Counted from the stretch's first letter, positions 24,299 to 33,879 are shown. The stretch is 64,000 nucleotides of DNA from an uncultured Rhizobiaceae bacterium (GCA_964568825.1 CAZMSA010000001.1:1945-65944), one strand, 5' to 3'. Program-made: numbers and translations. Notes: a model not told the origin generated them from the letters alone.

Positions 24299-26364
24299 TA
24301 CGCCAGTTGCGCCAGTTCGCGGCGGAACGGCAGAGCATCGCCGATGTCGGGCTCATCGAGTTCGCGCGCATAGCGGTGCCCGGCATAGGTGGCCCAGGCA
24401 ATGGGCGCCGGGGCAAGCGCATCGCCGAACAGTTTTACACCCTTCAGCCCCGCCGCCGCCCATTCGTCCTTTCGCGCCACGAGATCGCGGAAAAGCCCGT
24501 CCTTGCCCAGCCGCGCCGTCACCAGGCAGACGCTGTTGCATGAAATATCCTCGCGGCGGCCGGAATAGGTGCAGGCGATCTCCACCCCGCCGGCCCTGAT
24601 GGCGGTGAGGCCGCGGGCTATGCGGATGTCGATGCCCAGATCGATGAGCCGCGCCTGGATGAAGCCCTGTTCCAACGTATTGGCGGTCCAGTCGGAAACC
24701 TGGGTGGCCGGCGTGATGAGCGTTACCCGATTGCCCGCCACCGCCAGCACCTCGGCGACAACGCCGCCCATGTAATAGTGGTCATCGTCATAGACCACCA
24801 CATGGCCTTCGGGTCTGGCACCCGCCATGAGATCGTCGGGCGTCAAGCAGGCCATGCCAGCGGCCACGGCGATGGGGGCGGTGTTGTAGCGCCCTACCCC
24901 GTCGCGACGCCACGTCGAGCCGGTGGCCAGCCCCGCATGATCGACCCCAAGCTCCAGCACGTCGGGTGCGGTCATCGTCGAATCGAGAAACACCTCCACA
25001 TTGGCCATGCGGGCGATCTGCTGGGCGCGGTAGTGGCGCACCCGGCCCCAGGCGGAAAGCCCCAGCAGGCGGCACTCGCGCGCCACTCGCCCGCCCAGTT
25101 CCATCCCCGCCTCGGCGAGCAAGACATGATAGCCGCGATGGCCCAGCGCCCGCGCCGCCTCCAGCCCGGCCGGCCCCGCCCCGACGATCAGCACCTTTTC
25201 GCTTGCCCCCTTCGTCGCGATGCGCTCGGGATGCCAGCCCTTCCGCCATTCTTCCATGAAGGTCGGGTTCTGGGTGCAGCGCGATAGCGCCATGGTCATG
25301 TCGCCGGTGACGCACATATTGCAGCCGATGCACTCGCGAATGTCGTCGACCTCGCCGTTGTCGATCTTTTTCGGCAGGAACGGATCGGCGATGGAGGGCC
25401 GCGCCGCGCCGATGAGATCGAGCACCCCGGATTTCACCTGCCGTACCATTTCATCGGGCGAGGTGAACCGCCCCACCGCCACCACCGGCTTGGAGGTGAG
25501 CGCCTTCATGCCACGAACCAGGCTTTCCATGTGGCCTTCCGGCTTGAAGCGCGAGGTGCCGGAGCACTCTTCCCACGAGCCATGGGCAAAATCCCACAGA
25601 TCGGGCAGTTCGGCCAACATCGCCACCACGTCGCGGATTTCCGCATTGGTGATGCCACCGTCGCCGAGCGCCTCGTCGGCGAGGATGCGGACCGGCACCG
25701 CACAGGTGTCGCCGACCGCTTCCTTGGTGTCGATGATGAGTTCCTTCAGCAATCGTGCCCGGTTCTCGAGGCTGCCACCGTATTCGTCGCTGCGCTGGTT
25801 GATGCGCCGCGACAGGAAATGCTGGATGGTCCCGAACCCGTGGGCGCCGTAGACATAGATCAGGTCGAAGCCGCATTTTTTTGCTCGCACAGCGGCGCTG
25901 CGATGCCAACGCCGCAAGTCGGCGATGTCGGATTTGTCCATGGCACGGGCCTGCACCGGATCGTTGGAAAAAGTCAGGATGGGCAGGTTCATGGGGCCCA
26001 TCGGCGTCTCGCGCGAATACAGATTGGGGCCGTTCATGCCGTTGTAGCACAGCTCGATGCCGGCCAGTGCCCCGCCTTCGTGGATAGCCTCTGCGATGCG
26101 CGTCAGCATCGGCAGGTCATCATCATCCCACAGCCGCAATTCGATGAACGGGGTGATCTCCGAGGTGTGGTGGATCTCCACCTGCTCGGTGCACAAGACG
26201 CCCCATCCGCCCTCTGCCTTGACCCGACGCATTTCAGCATTGGCGGATGGATCGCGATAGCCGGCGCCGTTGCAGTGCGGCACCTGGTAGAAGCGGTTCT
26301 TGACTGTCACTGGCCCGATCTTCACCGGCTCGAACAAGATATCGTAGCGTGGATCACGCGCCAT
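24298..26364 (-). CDS. trimethylamine/dimethylamine/histamine dehydrogenase-family iron-sulfur flavoprotein
   Basis: The N-terminus ARDPRYDILFEPVKIGPVTVKNRFYQVPHCNG includes the Cys that carries 6-S-cysteinyl-FMN in TMADH. A 4Fe-4S motif CIGCNMCV and a dinucleotide fold VLIVGAGPAGLEAA are present. Confidence 0.85.
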   Translation of the reverse strand: MARDPRYDILFEPVKIGPVTVKNRFYQVPHCNGAGYRDPSANAEMRRVKAEGGWGVLCTEQVEIHHTSEITPFIELRLWDDDDLPMLTRIAEAIHEGGALAGIELCYNGMNGPNLYSRETPMGPMNLPILTFSNDPVQARAMDKSDIADLRRWHRSAAVRAKKCGFDLIYVYGAHGFGTIQHFLSRRINQRSDEYGGSLENRARLLKELIIDTKEAVGDTCAVPVRILADEALGDGGITNAEIRDVVAMLAELPDLWDFAHGSWEECSGTSRFKPEGHMESLVRGMKALTSKPVVAVGRFTSPDEMVRQVKSGVLDLIGAARPSIADPFLPKKIDNGEVDDIRECIGCNMCVTGDMTMALSRCTQNPTFMEEWRKGWHPERIATKGASEKVLIVGAGPAGLEAARALGHRGYHVLLAEAGMELGGRVARECRLLGLSAWGRVRHYRAQQIARMANVEVFLDSTMTAPDVLELGVDHAGLATGSTWRRDGVGRYNTAPIAVAAGMACLTPDDLMAGARPEGHVVVYDDDHYYMGGVVAEVLAVAGNRVTLITPATQVSDWTANTLEQGFIQARLIDLGIDIRIARGLTAIRAGGVEIACTYSGRREDISCNSVCLVTARLGKDGLFRDLVARKDEWAAAGLKGVKLFGDALAPAPIAWATYAGHRYARELDEPDIGDALPFRRELAQLA

Positions 26365-26447
26365 GCATCGTCCCCCAAGTTTCTGGCGAGGCGACTTCTA
26401 GTCCCGTGCCGCCGGTTTGTCATCCGGCGATCGGACAGTGGCAATGT

Positions 26448-28466
26448 TCAGCTTTTCAGTTGCCGGATGAGGGCGGCGAGACTCTTCTGGTCGCCCAACT
26501 GCTGGGCGGGCGAGGCGCGCTGGGCAAGGCCCGAGGGCTGGCCGAGGCGCTGCGCGACGGCGGCGGCTGCCATCCGCGGATCGACCGACGACGGCACGAT
26601 GCCGGGATGATGGCCATTGGCCGCCGGTTGCTGCCTGAGGCTGGGCTGCGGCGATGCGGCGAGCCCGGTGGCGGCTGGTTGCGCCTGGACCGGCCGTTGC
26701 GGCGGCTGCCGCACCTGCCCGAAAGTATTTTGCTGCAACCCGTTCGCCTGTTGCGGCGGACGCATCGGCTGGGCGGCTGGTGGGGCTGCCGGTTCAGCCT
26801 GCTCTTCGCTGCCGGGTGCGCTCAGGGCCTGCTGGCGCCAGCGGTTGACCACCTCGACCAGGAAGCCGTCATCCTGGATATCGTGCACCCAGTTCTGTGA
26901 GAACGAGGCGGTGGAACTCTTGGGCAAGGCTTCGGGTGGCAGCATGTCGAACTTGATGCGCGTCGGCAGCGCCACGCCCTCGCCGAAAGTGATGGCCTCA
27001 CCCATGCCCATGGTCGGCATGAACTCCAGAAGCGAAGCGGCGGCATCGGAGATGCCTGCTTTCAGAATTTCCTGGTCGTGCTCGTTCGAAAGCCGCAGCG
27101 AAAAGATGGTGTTGCATTGCGACAGGATGGTCGGGTCGAGCTCGGCCGGGCGCTGCGTCACCAGGCACAGCGACACGCCGTACTTGCGCCCTTCCTTGGC
27201 GATGCGAGAAATAGCCCGCTTGGTGGGCTCGAAGCCGAGCGTATGGTCGATGGGCACGTAGCGATGGGCTTCCTCGCACACGAAGGTGATCGGCACCCGC
27301 CCGTTGCTCCAGAAGCCGAAGTCGAAGGCCAGGCGCGCCAGAACCGAAACCGTGACGTTGATGATCTCCGACGGCAGCCCGCCCAGTTCGAGAATGGTGA
27401 TCGGCTTGCCGTTGACGGGCACCCGGAACAGCCGGCCGAGCACCTCGGCCATGGTATCCTGGACGGTGAGGCTGCCGAACATGAAGGTATAGCGCGGGTC
27501 GCGCGTAATGGTCTCCATGCGCGCCTTGAGACGCTTGTAAGGCGCCAGCTCACCCTTCAGATCGAGTTTGCCGATATATTCGTCCAGCAGGCCGATGAGA
27601 TCCGAGGTGCGATAGGGCACCGGCGTGTCGACGCCGACACTATGGATTTCATGGCCGCTCTGCCTGAGGCTCGCCGCGCGATCGCGCCGGCCGTGGCCCA
27701 TATAGCGCAGCTTCGACATGGGGATCAGTTCGCGCAAGATTTCGATATCGGCATCGCGATTGGGCTGGTCGCCGACGATGATTTCAACCATTTCCTCGAA
27801 GTTCAGCAGCCAGAAGGGCAGATTGAAATTGTCCGGCTTGATCACCTCGGCCAATTGTCCGAAGCACGGCGCATACTCGCGATGCAAATCTAGCAGCAGG
27901 ACATGGGCGTTGGGGTTGCTTTCGAGAATCCGCCTGAGGATCAGCGCCACCGCGCAGGACTTGCCGGTACCGGTGGTCCCCAGAACCGCGAAGTGCTTGC
28001 CCAGCAGTTCGTCGATCTTGACCATGGCGGGAATGGACGAATCCTGCTGGATATGGCCGATCCGCACCGCGGTGCCTGAATTGCAGGCATAGGCCATGGA
28101 GAGTTCGTCCTTGGTGGCCCGCCCTACGACGTCGCCCAGCGCCGGATAGGTGGAAACGCCGCGCCGGAAGCTTATCGGCCGGCCCGTTTCGTCCTTGGGC
28201 AATTCGCCGATGAATTCAACCTCGACGATGCGCGTTTCGTGTTCGCCGGATGTCGAAGGGGTCGGCGCCGACAGCGCCGAGACCAGCGCGAGGGCCAGCG
28301 AGACCGGCGTGTCGACCTTCAGCAGAGTGCCGATTTCGGGGCTTTTCAATTCGCCGTCGCCGGGCAGCGGACCAGCCTGGTCCAACAAGATAATGGCGTG
28401 CCCGCCGGTGACGGCCACGATGCGACCGATCCGTTCTTCTATTTGAAGCTCGCCGTTAGCGTGCAT
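26448..28466 (-). CDS. HerA-like (DUF87) P-loop ATPase with a long Pro/Gln/Ala-rich C-terminal tail
   Basis: It has the Walker A motif AVLGTTGTGKS and Walker B-like HVLLLDLHRE and FVCEEAHRY. The last roughly 150 aa are low complexity (QAEPAAPPAAQPMRPPQQANGLQQ...). Confidence 0.75.
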   Translation of the reverse strand: MHANGELQIEERIGRIVAVTGGHAIILLDQAGPLPGDGELKSPEIGTLLKVDTPVSLALALVSALSAPTPSTSGEHETRIVEVEFIGELPKDETGRPISFRRGVSTYPALGDVVGRATKDELSMAYACNSGTAVRIGHIQQDSSIPAMVKIDELLGKHFAVLGTTGTGKSCAVALILRRILESNPNAHVLLLDLHREYAPCFGQLAEVIKPDNFNLPFWLLNFEEMVEIIVGDQPNRDADIEILRELIPMSKLRYMGHGRRDRAASLRQSGHEIHSVGVDTPVPYRTSDLIGLLDEYIGKLDLKGELAPYKRLKARMETITRDPRYTFMFGSLTVQDTMAEVLGRLFRVPVNGKPITILELGGLPSEIINVTVSVLARLAFDFGFWSNGRVPITFVCEEAHRYVPIDHTLGFEPTKRAISRIAKEGRKYGVSLCLVTQRPAELDPTILSQCNTIFSLRLSNEHDQEILKAGISDAAASLLEFMPTMGMGEAITFGEGVALPTRIKFDMLPPEALPKSSTASFSQNWVHDIQDDGFLVEVVNRWRQQALSAPGSEEQAEPAAPPAAQPMRPPQQANGLQQNTFGQVRQPPQRPVQAQPAATGLAASPQPSLRQQPAANGHHPGIVPSSVDPRMAAAAVAQRLGQPSGLAQRASPAQQLGDQKSLAALIRQLKS

Positions 28467-28521
28467 GCCGGTTTCCTGATGTCTGACGGCCCATTAAGTC
28501 GCCGAGCCCCTTACATTTGCC

Positions 28522-29469
28522 TTAACAATCTTGATTGACGACCGGATTTGCCGCCGGCGGCGCGGCCGCGGTCGCCTCTATCGTTGGTATTTCGGCGTCC
28601 TGGTTGCGATAGATCGGCAGGAAGAGACTGACGCAGGTGCCCTTGCCCTGCTCACTGGCGACGGAAAGATTTCCGTTGTGCAGTCTCGCCAGCGCAAGCG
28701 AGATCGGCAGGCCCAGCCCGGTGCCCTCGTGGCGTTTGTTGAATCCCTGGTTGACCTGGCCGAAGGGCCTGAGGGCCATGTCGACTTCGACCGCGCTCAT
28801 GCCGGGCCCGTCGTCACTGACCGAGATCAGCAGAAATTCATCATCATGGCGGCGTGCGGCAAGCATGACGGTGCCGTTTTCCGGCGTGAACTTGATCGCG
28901 TTCGACATGATATTGATGAGGATCTGCTTCACCCGCAACCGGTCGGCGAACACAAGCGGCAGATCGGCGGCCACCTGGTGGCGCACGGCGATGCTCTTTT
29001 CCCGCGCCTTGGCGTCGATGATCAACAGGCAGCTCTCGATGATCGGCCGAAGGTTCAGATCCTCGCAATCGACCTGCAGCTTGCCGGCCTGGATCTTGGA
29101 CACATCGAGAATGCCGTTGATCAGCGACAAAAGGTGCTCGGCGGCTTCCTTGATATAGCCGGAATACTGGTGCACCCGCTCGGGATCGCTGATTTTCAGG
29201 GTGCCGAGCATCTCCGAAAAGCCGATGATGGCATTCAGCGGAGTCCTCAGTTCATGGCTCATGTTGGCGATGAATTCGGACTTCGCCTTGGAGGCCAATT
29301 CGGCTTCAACCTTGGCCGCGCTCAGGCTGAGGGCCGACTTCCGGCGGCTCGCCGCGCTGCAGAAGTGGTCGGAAAACTCGCCAATCAGCGAGCCCTCTTT
29401 GAACCAATGGTTGCCGTAAGTACGCATGTCGCTCCCCGGATGTGGCGGTGAAGCTATCTGAAAGGCCAT
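28522..29469 (-). CDS. soluble sensor histidine kinase (HisKA + HATPase_c)
   Basis: The H-box is SHELRTPLNAIIGFSE, the N-box NIMSNAIKFT and the G-boxes DDGPGM and GTGLGLPIS. I see no transmembrane segment. Confidence 0.85.
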   Translation of the reverse strand: MAFQIASPPHPGSDMRTYGNHWFKEGSLIGEFSDHFCSAASRRKSALSLSAAKVEAELASKAKSEFIANMSHELRTPLNAIIGFSEMLGTLKISDPERVHQYSGYIKEAAEHLLSLINGILDVSKIQAGKLQVDCEDLNLRPIIESCLLIIDAKAREKSIAVRHQVAADLPLVFADRLRVKQILINIMSNAIKFTPENGTVMLAARRHDDEFLLISVSDDGPGMSAVEVDMALRPFGQVNQGFNKRHEGTGLGLPISLALARLHNGNLSVASEQGKGTCVSLFLPIYRNQDAEIPTIEATAAAPPAANPVVNQDC

Positions 29470-29715
29470 AATTTCAAGTTAAGTTGCACCTCTCAATGCG
29501 ATCTTCTCAGCCCTGCTTTACCTTGAGCGGCAAGCTGCTACACTGCGGCCAACGACATGAATTTCAGGATGATCCGAAGTGCCATCGGCCACACGCGCCG
29601 TGGCATCGCCGGTTGTCCGGGCGGATTGACATTGAACGCTGAGAGCGACGCGGGCGACAGAGTTGCTCGTCCGCGGCCACCCGATGGAGCAGCTGGCTCC
29701 AGGATCGATCGCCGT

Positions 29716-30714
29716 ATGCGCGCCAAATCGCGTAGCGGTGAGGCCAGGCTTTATGGCGCCCTCGATCTTGGCACCAACAACTGTCGGCTGCTGGTGGCGG
29801 AACCGGGCCCGGGCGGGTTTGCTGTCGTCGATGCCTTTTCGCGCATCGTCCGGCTGGGCGAAGGGGCCAGCGTATCCGGGACGCTCGGGGACGCAGCCAT
29901 GGACCGCACCGTCTCGGCCCTCAGGGTGTGTGCCAACAAGCTGCGCTGGTGGGAAGTCGAGCGCTTCCGCCTGATTGCCACCGAGGCCTGCCGCATGGCC
30001 GCCAATGGCGCCCACTTCATCGAGCGGGTGCGCGACGAAGTCGGCCTCGTCCTGGAGGTCATCGACCGCGAGACCGAGGCAAAGCTGGCGGTGGCCGGCG
30101 CCGCGCCGCTCATCGACAGCGTTGCCCGATCCTGCCTGGTGTTCGACATCGGCGGCGGCTCAACCGAATTGATGTGGCTGCGCTGCGAGCCGGGCAACCA
30201 CTGGATCGAGGCCTGGACCTCGATACCTGCCGGTGTCGTGACCATCGCCGAGCGTTATGGCGGGACCCACGTGGACGAAGCCGCCTTTGCGGCCATGCGA
30301 GCCCATGTGCGCCCGCTCATCGAGCAGTTCATCGACCGGGTGCGCGAGCGCATGAACGGGGCCACCGCCGATCCCGACCACCTGCTCGGCACCTCCGGCA
30401 CCGTCACCACCATTTCCGGCGTACACCTCAATTTGCGCCGCTACGATCGCTCGCGCGTCGACGGATGCTGGCTGGACCCCGACGACGTTGCCCGGGTCAC
30501 CGGCGATCTGATGGCCATGAGCCATGCAGAGCGCGCCGCCAGCCCGTGCATCGGCCGCGAGCGTGCCGACCTCGTTCTGGCCGGCTGCGCCATCCTTGAA
30601 GAGGTCCGCGCCCATTGGCCGGCCTCGCGTATCCGGGTCGCCGACCGCGGCCTGCGCGAGGGCCTGCTCACCCAGATGATGATCGAGGACCAGACCTATG
30701 GCGGCACCACGTAA
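29716..30714 (+). CDS. Ppx/GppA family exopolyphosphatase
   Basis: The ASKHA phosphate-1 motif LYGALDLGTNNCRLLVAE and VFDIGGGSTEL are present. ATG 29716 was chosen; the upstream ORF part is Arg/Gly-rich. Confidence 0.8.
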   Translation: MRAKSRSGEARLYGALDLGTNNCRLLVAEPGPGGFAVVDAFSRIVRLGEGASVSGTLGDAAMDRTVSALRVCANKLRWWEVERFRLIATEACRMAANGAHFIERVRDEVGLVLEVIDRETEAKLAVAGAAPLIDSVARSCLVFDIGGGSTELMWLRCEPGNHWIEAWTSIPAGVVTIAERYGGTHVDEAAFAAMRAHVRPLIEQFIDRVRERMNGATADPDHLLGTSGTVTTISGVHLNLRRYDRSRVDGCWLDPDDVARVTGDLMAMSHAERAASPCIGRERADLVLAGCAILEEVRAHWPASRIRVADRGLREGLLTQMMIEDQTYGGTT

Positions 30715-31432
30715 GCCGCGCCGGCCGGGTGCGGGCAAGGTCGGCGGCGCCGGCAGCGGCGAGCGCCGCCTGCATGTGCGCGTCAAGCGGGCCAGAGGCC
30801 GTACGGCTTCCTCCCACGACTGGCTGGAGCGTCAGCTCAACGATCCTTACGTTGCCGCCGCCGCCGCCCAGGGCTGGCGCTCGCGCTCGGCCTTCAAGCT
30901 CATCCAGATCGACGAGCGTTACCATATCCTCAAGCGTGGCGACCGGGTGGTCGACCTGGGCGCGGCGCCTGGCGGCTGGTCGCAGGTTGCCAGCGACCGG
31001 CTGGGACGCATCGAGGGTCAAGGCAAGGTGGTGGCCATCGACCTGCACGGCATCGAGCCCATCGCCGGCGTGACCATCCTCAAGCAGGATTTTCTCGAAG
31101 CCGGCGCCCCCGCTGCCCTGATTGAAGCCTTGGGCGGCGACAAGGCCGATGTCGTGTTGTCCGACATGGCCGCCCATGCCACCGGACATCGCCAGACCGA
31201 CCATCTGAAGATCATGGCGCTGGCCGAGGCGGCGCTGGAGTTTGCCCGCCAGGTCCTGCGGCCCGGCGGCGCCTTCATCTGCAAGGTGCTGCGCGGCGGT
31301 ACCGAGAATACGCTTCTCGCCGGGATGAAGCGCGACTTCGCCAGCGTGCGCCACGTCAAGCCCGAGGCCAGCCGCGCCGACAGCGCCGAACTGTTCGTCG
31401 TCGCCACCGGCTTTCGCGGCGAAGCGCCGTAA
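30698..31432 (+). CDS. rlmE: 23S rRNA (uridine2552-2'-O)-methyltransferase
   Basis: WRSRSAFKLIQIDERY, the SAM motif VVDLGAAPGGWSQV and DVVLSDMA are present. The start overlaps the ppx 3' end. Confidence 0.9.
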   Translation: MAAPRKPRRPGAGKVGGAGSGERRLHVRVKRARGRTASSHDWLERQLNDPYVAAAAAQGWRSRSAFKLIQIDERYHILKRGDRVVDLGAAPGGWSQVASDRLGRIEGQGKVVAIDLHGIEPIAGVTILKQDFLEAGAPAALIEALGGDKADVVLSDMAAHATGHRQTDHLKIMALAEAALEFARQVLRPGGAFICKVLRGGTENTLLAGMKRDFASVRHVKPEASRADSAELFVVATGFRGEAP

Positions 31433-31529
31433 AGCCGGCGATTTGCAACCGGGATGTGCGCGAACGGATCACCCCGCCCCTCGCATGAAGCAATGGCGGG
31501 GCGGTACAATCGCGGCCGGGCGCTGCCTG

Positions 31530-32393
31530 TCACCCGGCCAGGGCCGCCTGCTTCCTGAATTCGCCAAGGGTCGCCAGAACGCACGAGAGGACAGCCCTTG
31601 TGCGCACCCGCAATTCGTCCGCGCCGCTCTGCAGCACCAGGGCCGCAAGGACGGCTGCCTGGCGTTGCAGCCGGGGGGCGGCGATGCGCGTCGACAACCC
31701 ATCGAGTTCGATGGCAAGCGCCCTCACCTTTTTGCGGCACGGACCATCGGCGATGGCGCGTTCCAGGTTGCCGGCGATGGTTCGCAACTCGCCGAGTGCC
31801 GCCGTGATGGCATCGGGCGACAGCCCATTCCCGTTGGCGGCAGGTCCCCGGCTGGCGGCATCGATCAACGGCAGTTCGCTGCGCCTGACCTTCAGCACGC
31901 TGGAGCGGTCGGCGCAGAAATGACCGTCCGGCAGCACCTGGGCCATGGCACTCCATAGCCGGTCAATGGTAACCGGCTTGGGCACTGTCGCATCGAAGTC
32001 TCCCTGCCGGCCTGCGGTTTCGGAAAGATAGCCCGAGATGGCGATGATCGGCGTTTTTGCCATGTCCCCGGGCATCTCCCTGATCCGCCGCGCCGTCGCG
32101 ATCCCGTCCAAGACCGGCATGTCGATATCCAGCAACACCAGGTCGAACTTGAAGATGCCAAGCAGCATCAGCACTTCCTCGCCGTCCTGGGCCACGTCCA
32201 CCTTGAGGTTCATGCGCCTGAGCAGGGCCGACATCAGCACTCGGGCCGCCACGGCATCGTCGGCGAACAGGAGGCGTGGGATCTGGGTCGTCGGACCCTG
32301 CGCGACGTCCACCGCCTGCGCGTCCAGGCGGCCCGGCATGCCCCCAGTGAGTACTGGCTGTTCGATATTCACGCTATGATTGCTGAATGTCAT
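31530..32393 (-). CDS. response regulator receiver protein with a helical Hpt-like C-terminal domain
   Basis: REC motifs are LLFADDAVAAR, DLVLLDIDMPVLDG and TVPKP. The C-terminal roughly 110 aa are helical, with an LDG segment where Hpt domains have HxLKG. Confidence 0.7.
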   Translation of the reverse strand: MTFSNHSVNIEQPVLTGGMPGRLDAQAVDVAQGPTTQIPRLLFADDAVAARVLMSALLRRMNLKVDVAQDGEEVLMLLGIFKFDLVLLDIDMPVLDGIATARRIREMPGDMAKTPIIAISGYLSETAGRQGDFDATVPKPVTIDRLWSAMAQVLPDGHFCADRSSVLKVRRSELPLIDAASRGPAANGNGLSPDAITAALGELRTIAGNLERAIADGPCRKKVRALAIELDGLSTRIAAPRLQRQAAVLAALVLQSGADELRVRTRAVLSCVLATLGEFRKQAALAG

Positions 32394-32609
32394 TTAATGT
32401 CCCTCTGGTTGTGGTCTGTCGCCTGTATGCTCCGTTTTCGTCACCATTCTGTTATTGCCGGCAAGAGGATTTGTTACAAATTCCGACCCGTCTCGCAGCC
32501 CGCCCCATTGCCCGTCGCCATGCCATCAACGCCCTCCCATGTCTCGGCAATTTGATGCGCGCTGCCATCGACCCGATGCCGTCATGATGATAGACAGTCC
32601 GGCGACTGG

Positions 32610-32651
32610 CCTGAATTCGCCGTTGACGACCTCGTGAACAGCGAATTCAGG
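32610..32651. promoter_or_regulatory. perfect 11-bp inverted repeat CCTGAATTCGC-N20-GCGAATTCAGG upstream of the RND operon
   Basis: Read directly. The spacer contains the TTGACG -35-like hexamer, and the repeat ends 32 nt before the adaptor-gene ATG (32683). Confidence 0.5.
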
Positions 32652-32682
32652 CTGCTGTGTTAGGCCGACAAGCGGGAAAGCC

Positions 32683-33873
32683 ATGGCGATGGTGAGCAGG
32701 CAATCCGGAGCGCTCCGAAGCGCTGCACGCACATTGCGCCGTATTGCCGGGATGGTTGCATTGATCATCGGTGTGCAGCTTGCCGGCTGCGGTTCTCCAA
32801 ACCCCGAGGCCAAGCGCCAGGCCCCGCCGCCGCCCGCCGTGATCGTGCAGAAGGCCCACATGCAGGACCTCACCGAGGAGCACAGCTTCACCGGCCGCAT
32901 CGAGGCAATCGACAAGGTGCAGATACGCGCCCGCGTCCAGGGCTTTCTCAAGCAGCGCCTGTTCGAGGAAGGCGCTGAGGTCAAGAAGGGCCAGTTGCTG
33001 TTCGAGATCGAGCCGGACACCTTCCAGAATGCCGTTCTGCAGGCCGAGGCCAGCCTCGCCAGCGCCCAGGCTGCCTTGACTTTGGCGCAGCAGACCTTCG
33101 ATCGCACCAAGGAACTGGTCGCCCGCAGCGCTGTCGCCCAGGCCAGCCTTGACAGCGCCCAGGCGGCGCTGATGCAGGCAAAGGCCACGGTCAAGGGCCA
33201 GCAGGCGATGCTGGATGCCGCCAAGCTCAATCTCAGCTACACCCGCATCACCGCGCCCATGGACGGCCGCGTCGGCCGCTCCACCTATTCCGTCGGCAAT
33301 CTGGTCGGACCGACGAGCGATCCCCTCTTGACCCTGGTCTCCCAGGACCCGGTCTATGTGACCTTTCCGGTGCCGCAGGAATTGTTGCTTGAGGTCAAGC
33401 GGGCAGGCCTCAGCCGCTCGAGCGTGATCGTCAAGATCAAGCTGGCAGACGGCTCCATCTACAACCAGCAGGGCGAGGTCCGCTTTGCCGACGTGCAGGC
33501 CAACGCCTCGACCGATTCGGTCATCGTCCGCGCCACCATGCCCAACCCCAAGCGCCTGCTCGTCGACCAGGAACTGGTATCGGTGCTGGTGATCAGGAAG
33601 CAGCCGGCGCCGCGCCTCGTCATCTCGCAGTCAGCCCTGCTGCTCGATCAGCAGGGCCCCTATGTCCTCACCGTCGGGGCCGACAAGAAGGTGAAGATCA
33701 CGCGCATCGAGACCGGCGAGCAGCGGGCGCCCTTGATCGTTGTCACCAAGGGCTTGAAGGCCGGTGACGAGGTGATCGTCAGCGGCCACCAGAAGGTCCG
33801 TCCCGGCATGACCGTTGCCCCGCAGATGGCGGCCGCTGCAAGCGATGCATCCGCCCCTGCGAAGGCCGAGTAG
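32683..33873 (+). CDS. RND efflux periplasmic adaptor (membrane fusion protein)
   Basis: It has coiled-coil hairpin sequence (QAEASLASAQAALTLAQQTFDRTKEL), the YTRITAPMDGRVG motif and a C-terminal beta-barrel. Confidence 0.9.
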   Translation: MAMVSRQSGALRSAARTLRRIAGMVALIIGVQLAGCGSPNPEAKRQAPPPPAVIVQKAHMQDLTEEHSFTGRIEAIDKVQIRARVQGFLKQRLFEEGAEVKKGQLLFEIEPDTFQNAVLQAEASLASAQAALTLAQQTFDRTKELVARSAVAQASLDSAQAALMQAKATVKGQQAMLDAAKLNLSYTRITAPMDGRVGRSTYSVGNLVGPTSDPLLTLVSQDPVYVTFPVPQELLLEVKRAGLSRSSVIVKIKLADGSIYNQQGEVRFADVQANASTDSVIVRATMPNPKRLLVDQELVSVLVIRKQPAPRLVISQSALLLDQQGPYVLTVGADKKVKITRIETGEQRAPLIVVTKGLKAGDEVIVSGHQKVRPGMTVAPQMAAAASDASAPAKAE

Positions 33874-33879
33874 CCGGCG

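Noticed and set aside
26448-28466. The HerA-like ATPase as part of a known anti-phage system (HerA-Sir2, HerA-DUF4297, HerA-NurA)
   Set aside because: No partner effector gene is adjacent. The neighbours are a histidine kinase and metabolic genes.
29557-29715. N-terminal extensions of the ppx ORF, and similarly of the 19697-21460, 51382-52131, 49853-51376 and 41050-42063 ORFs
   Set aside because: The extensions are low complexity and lack an RBS. Internal ATGs sit directly before the conserved N-terminal motifs or are coupled to the upstream stop codon.
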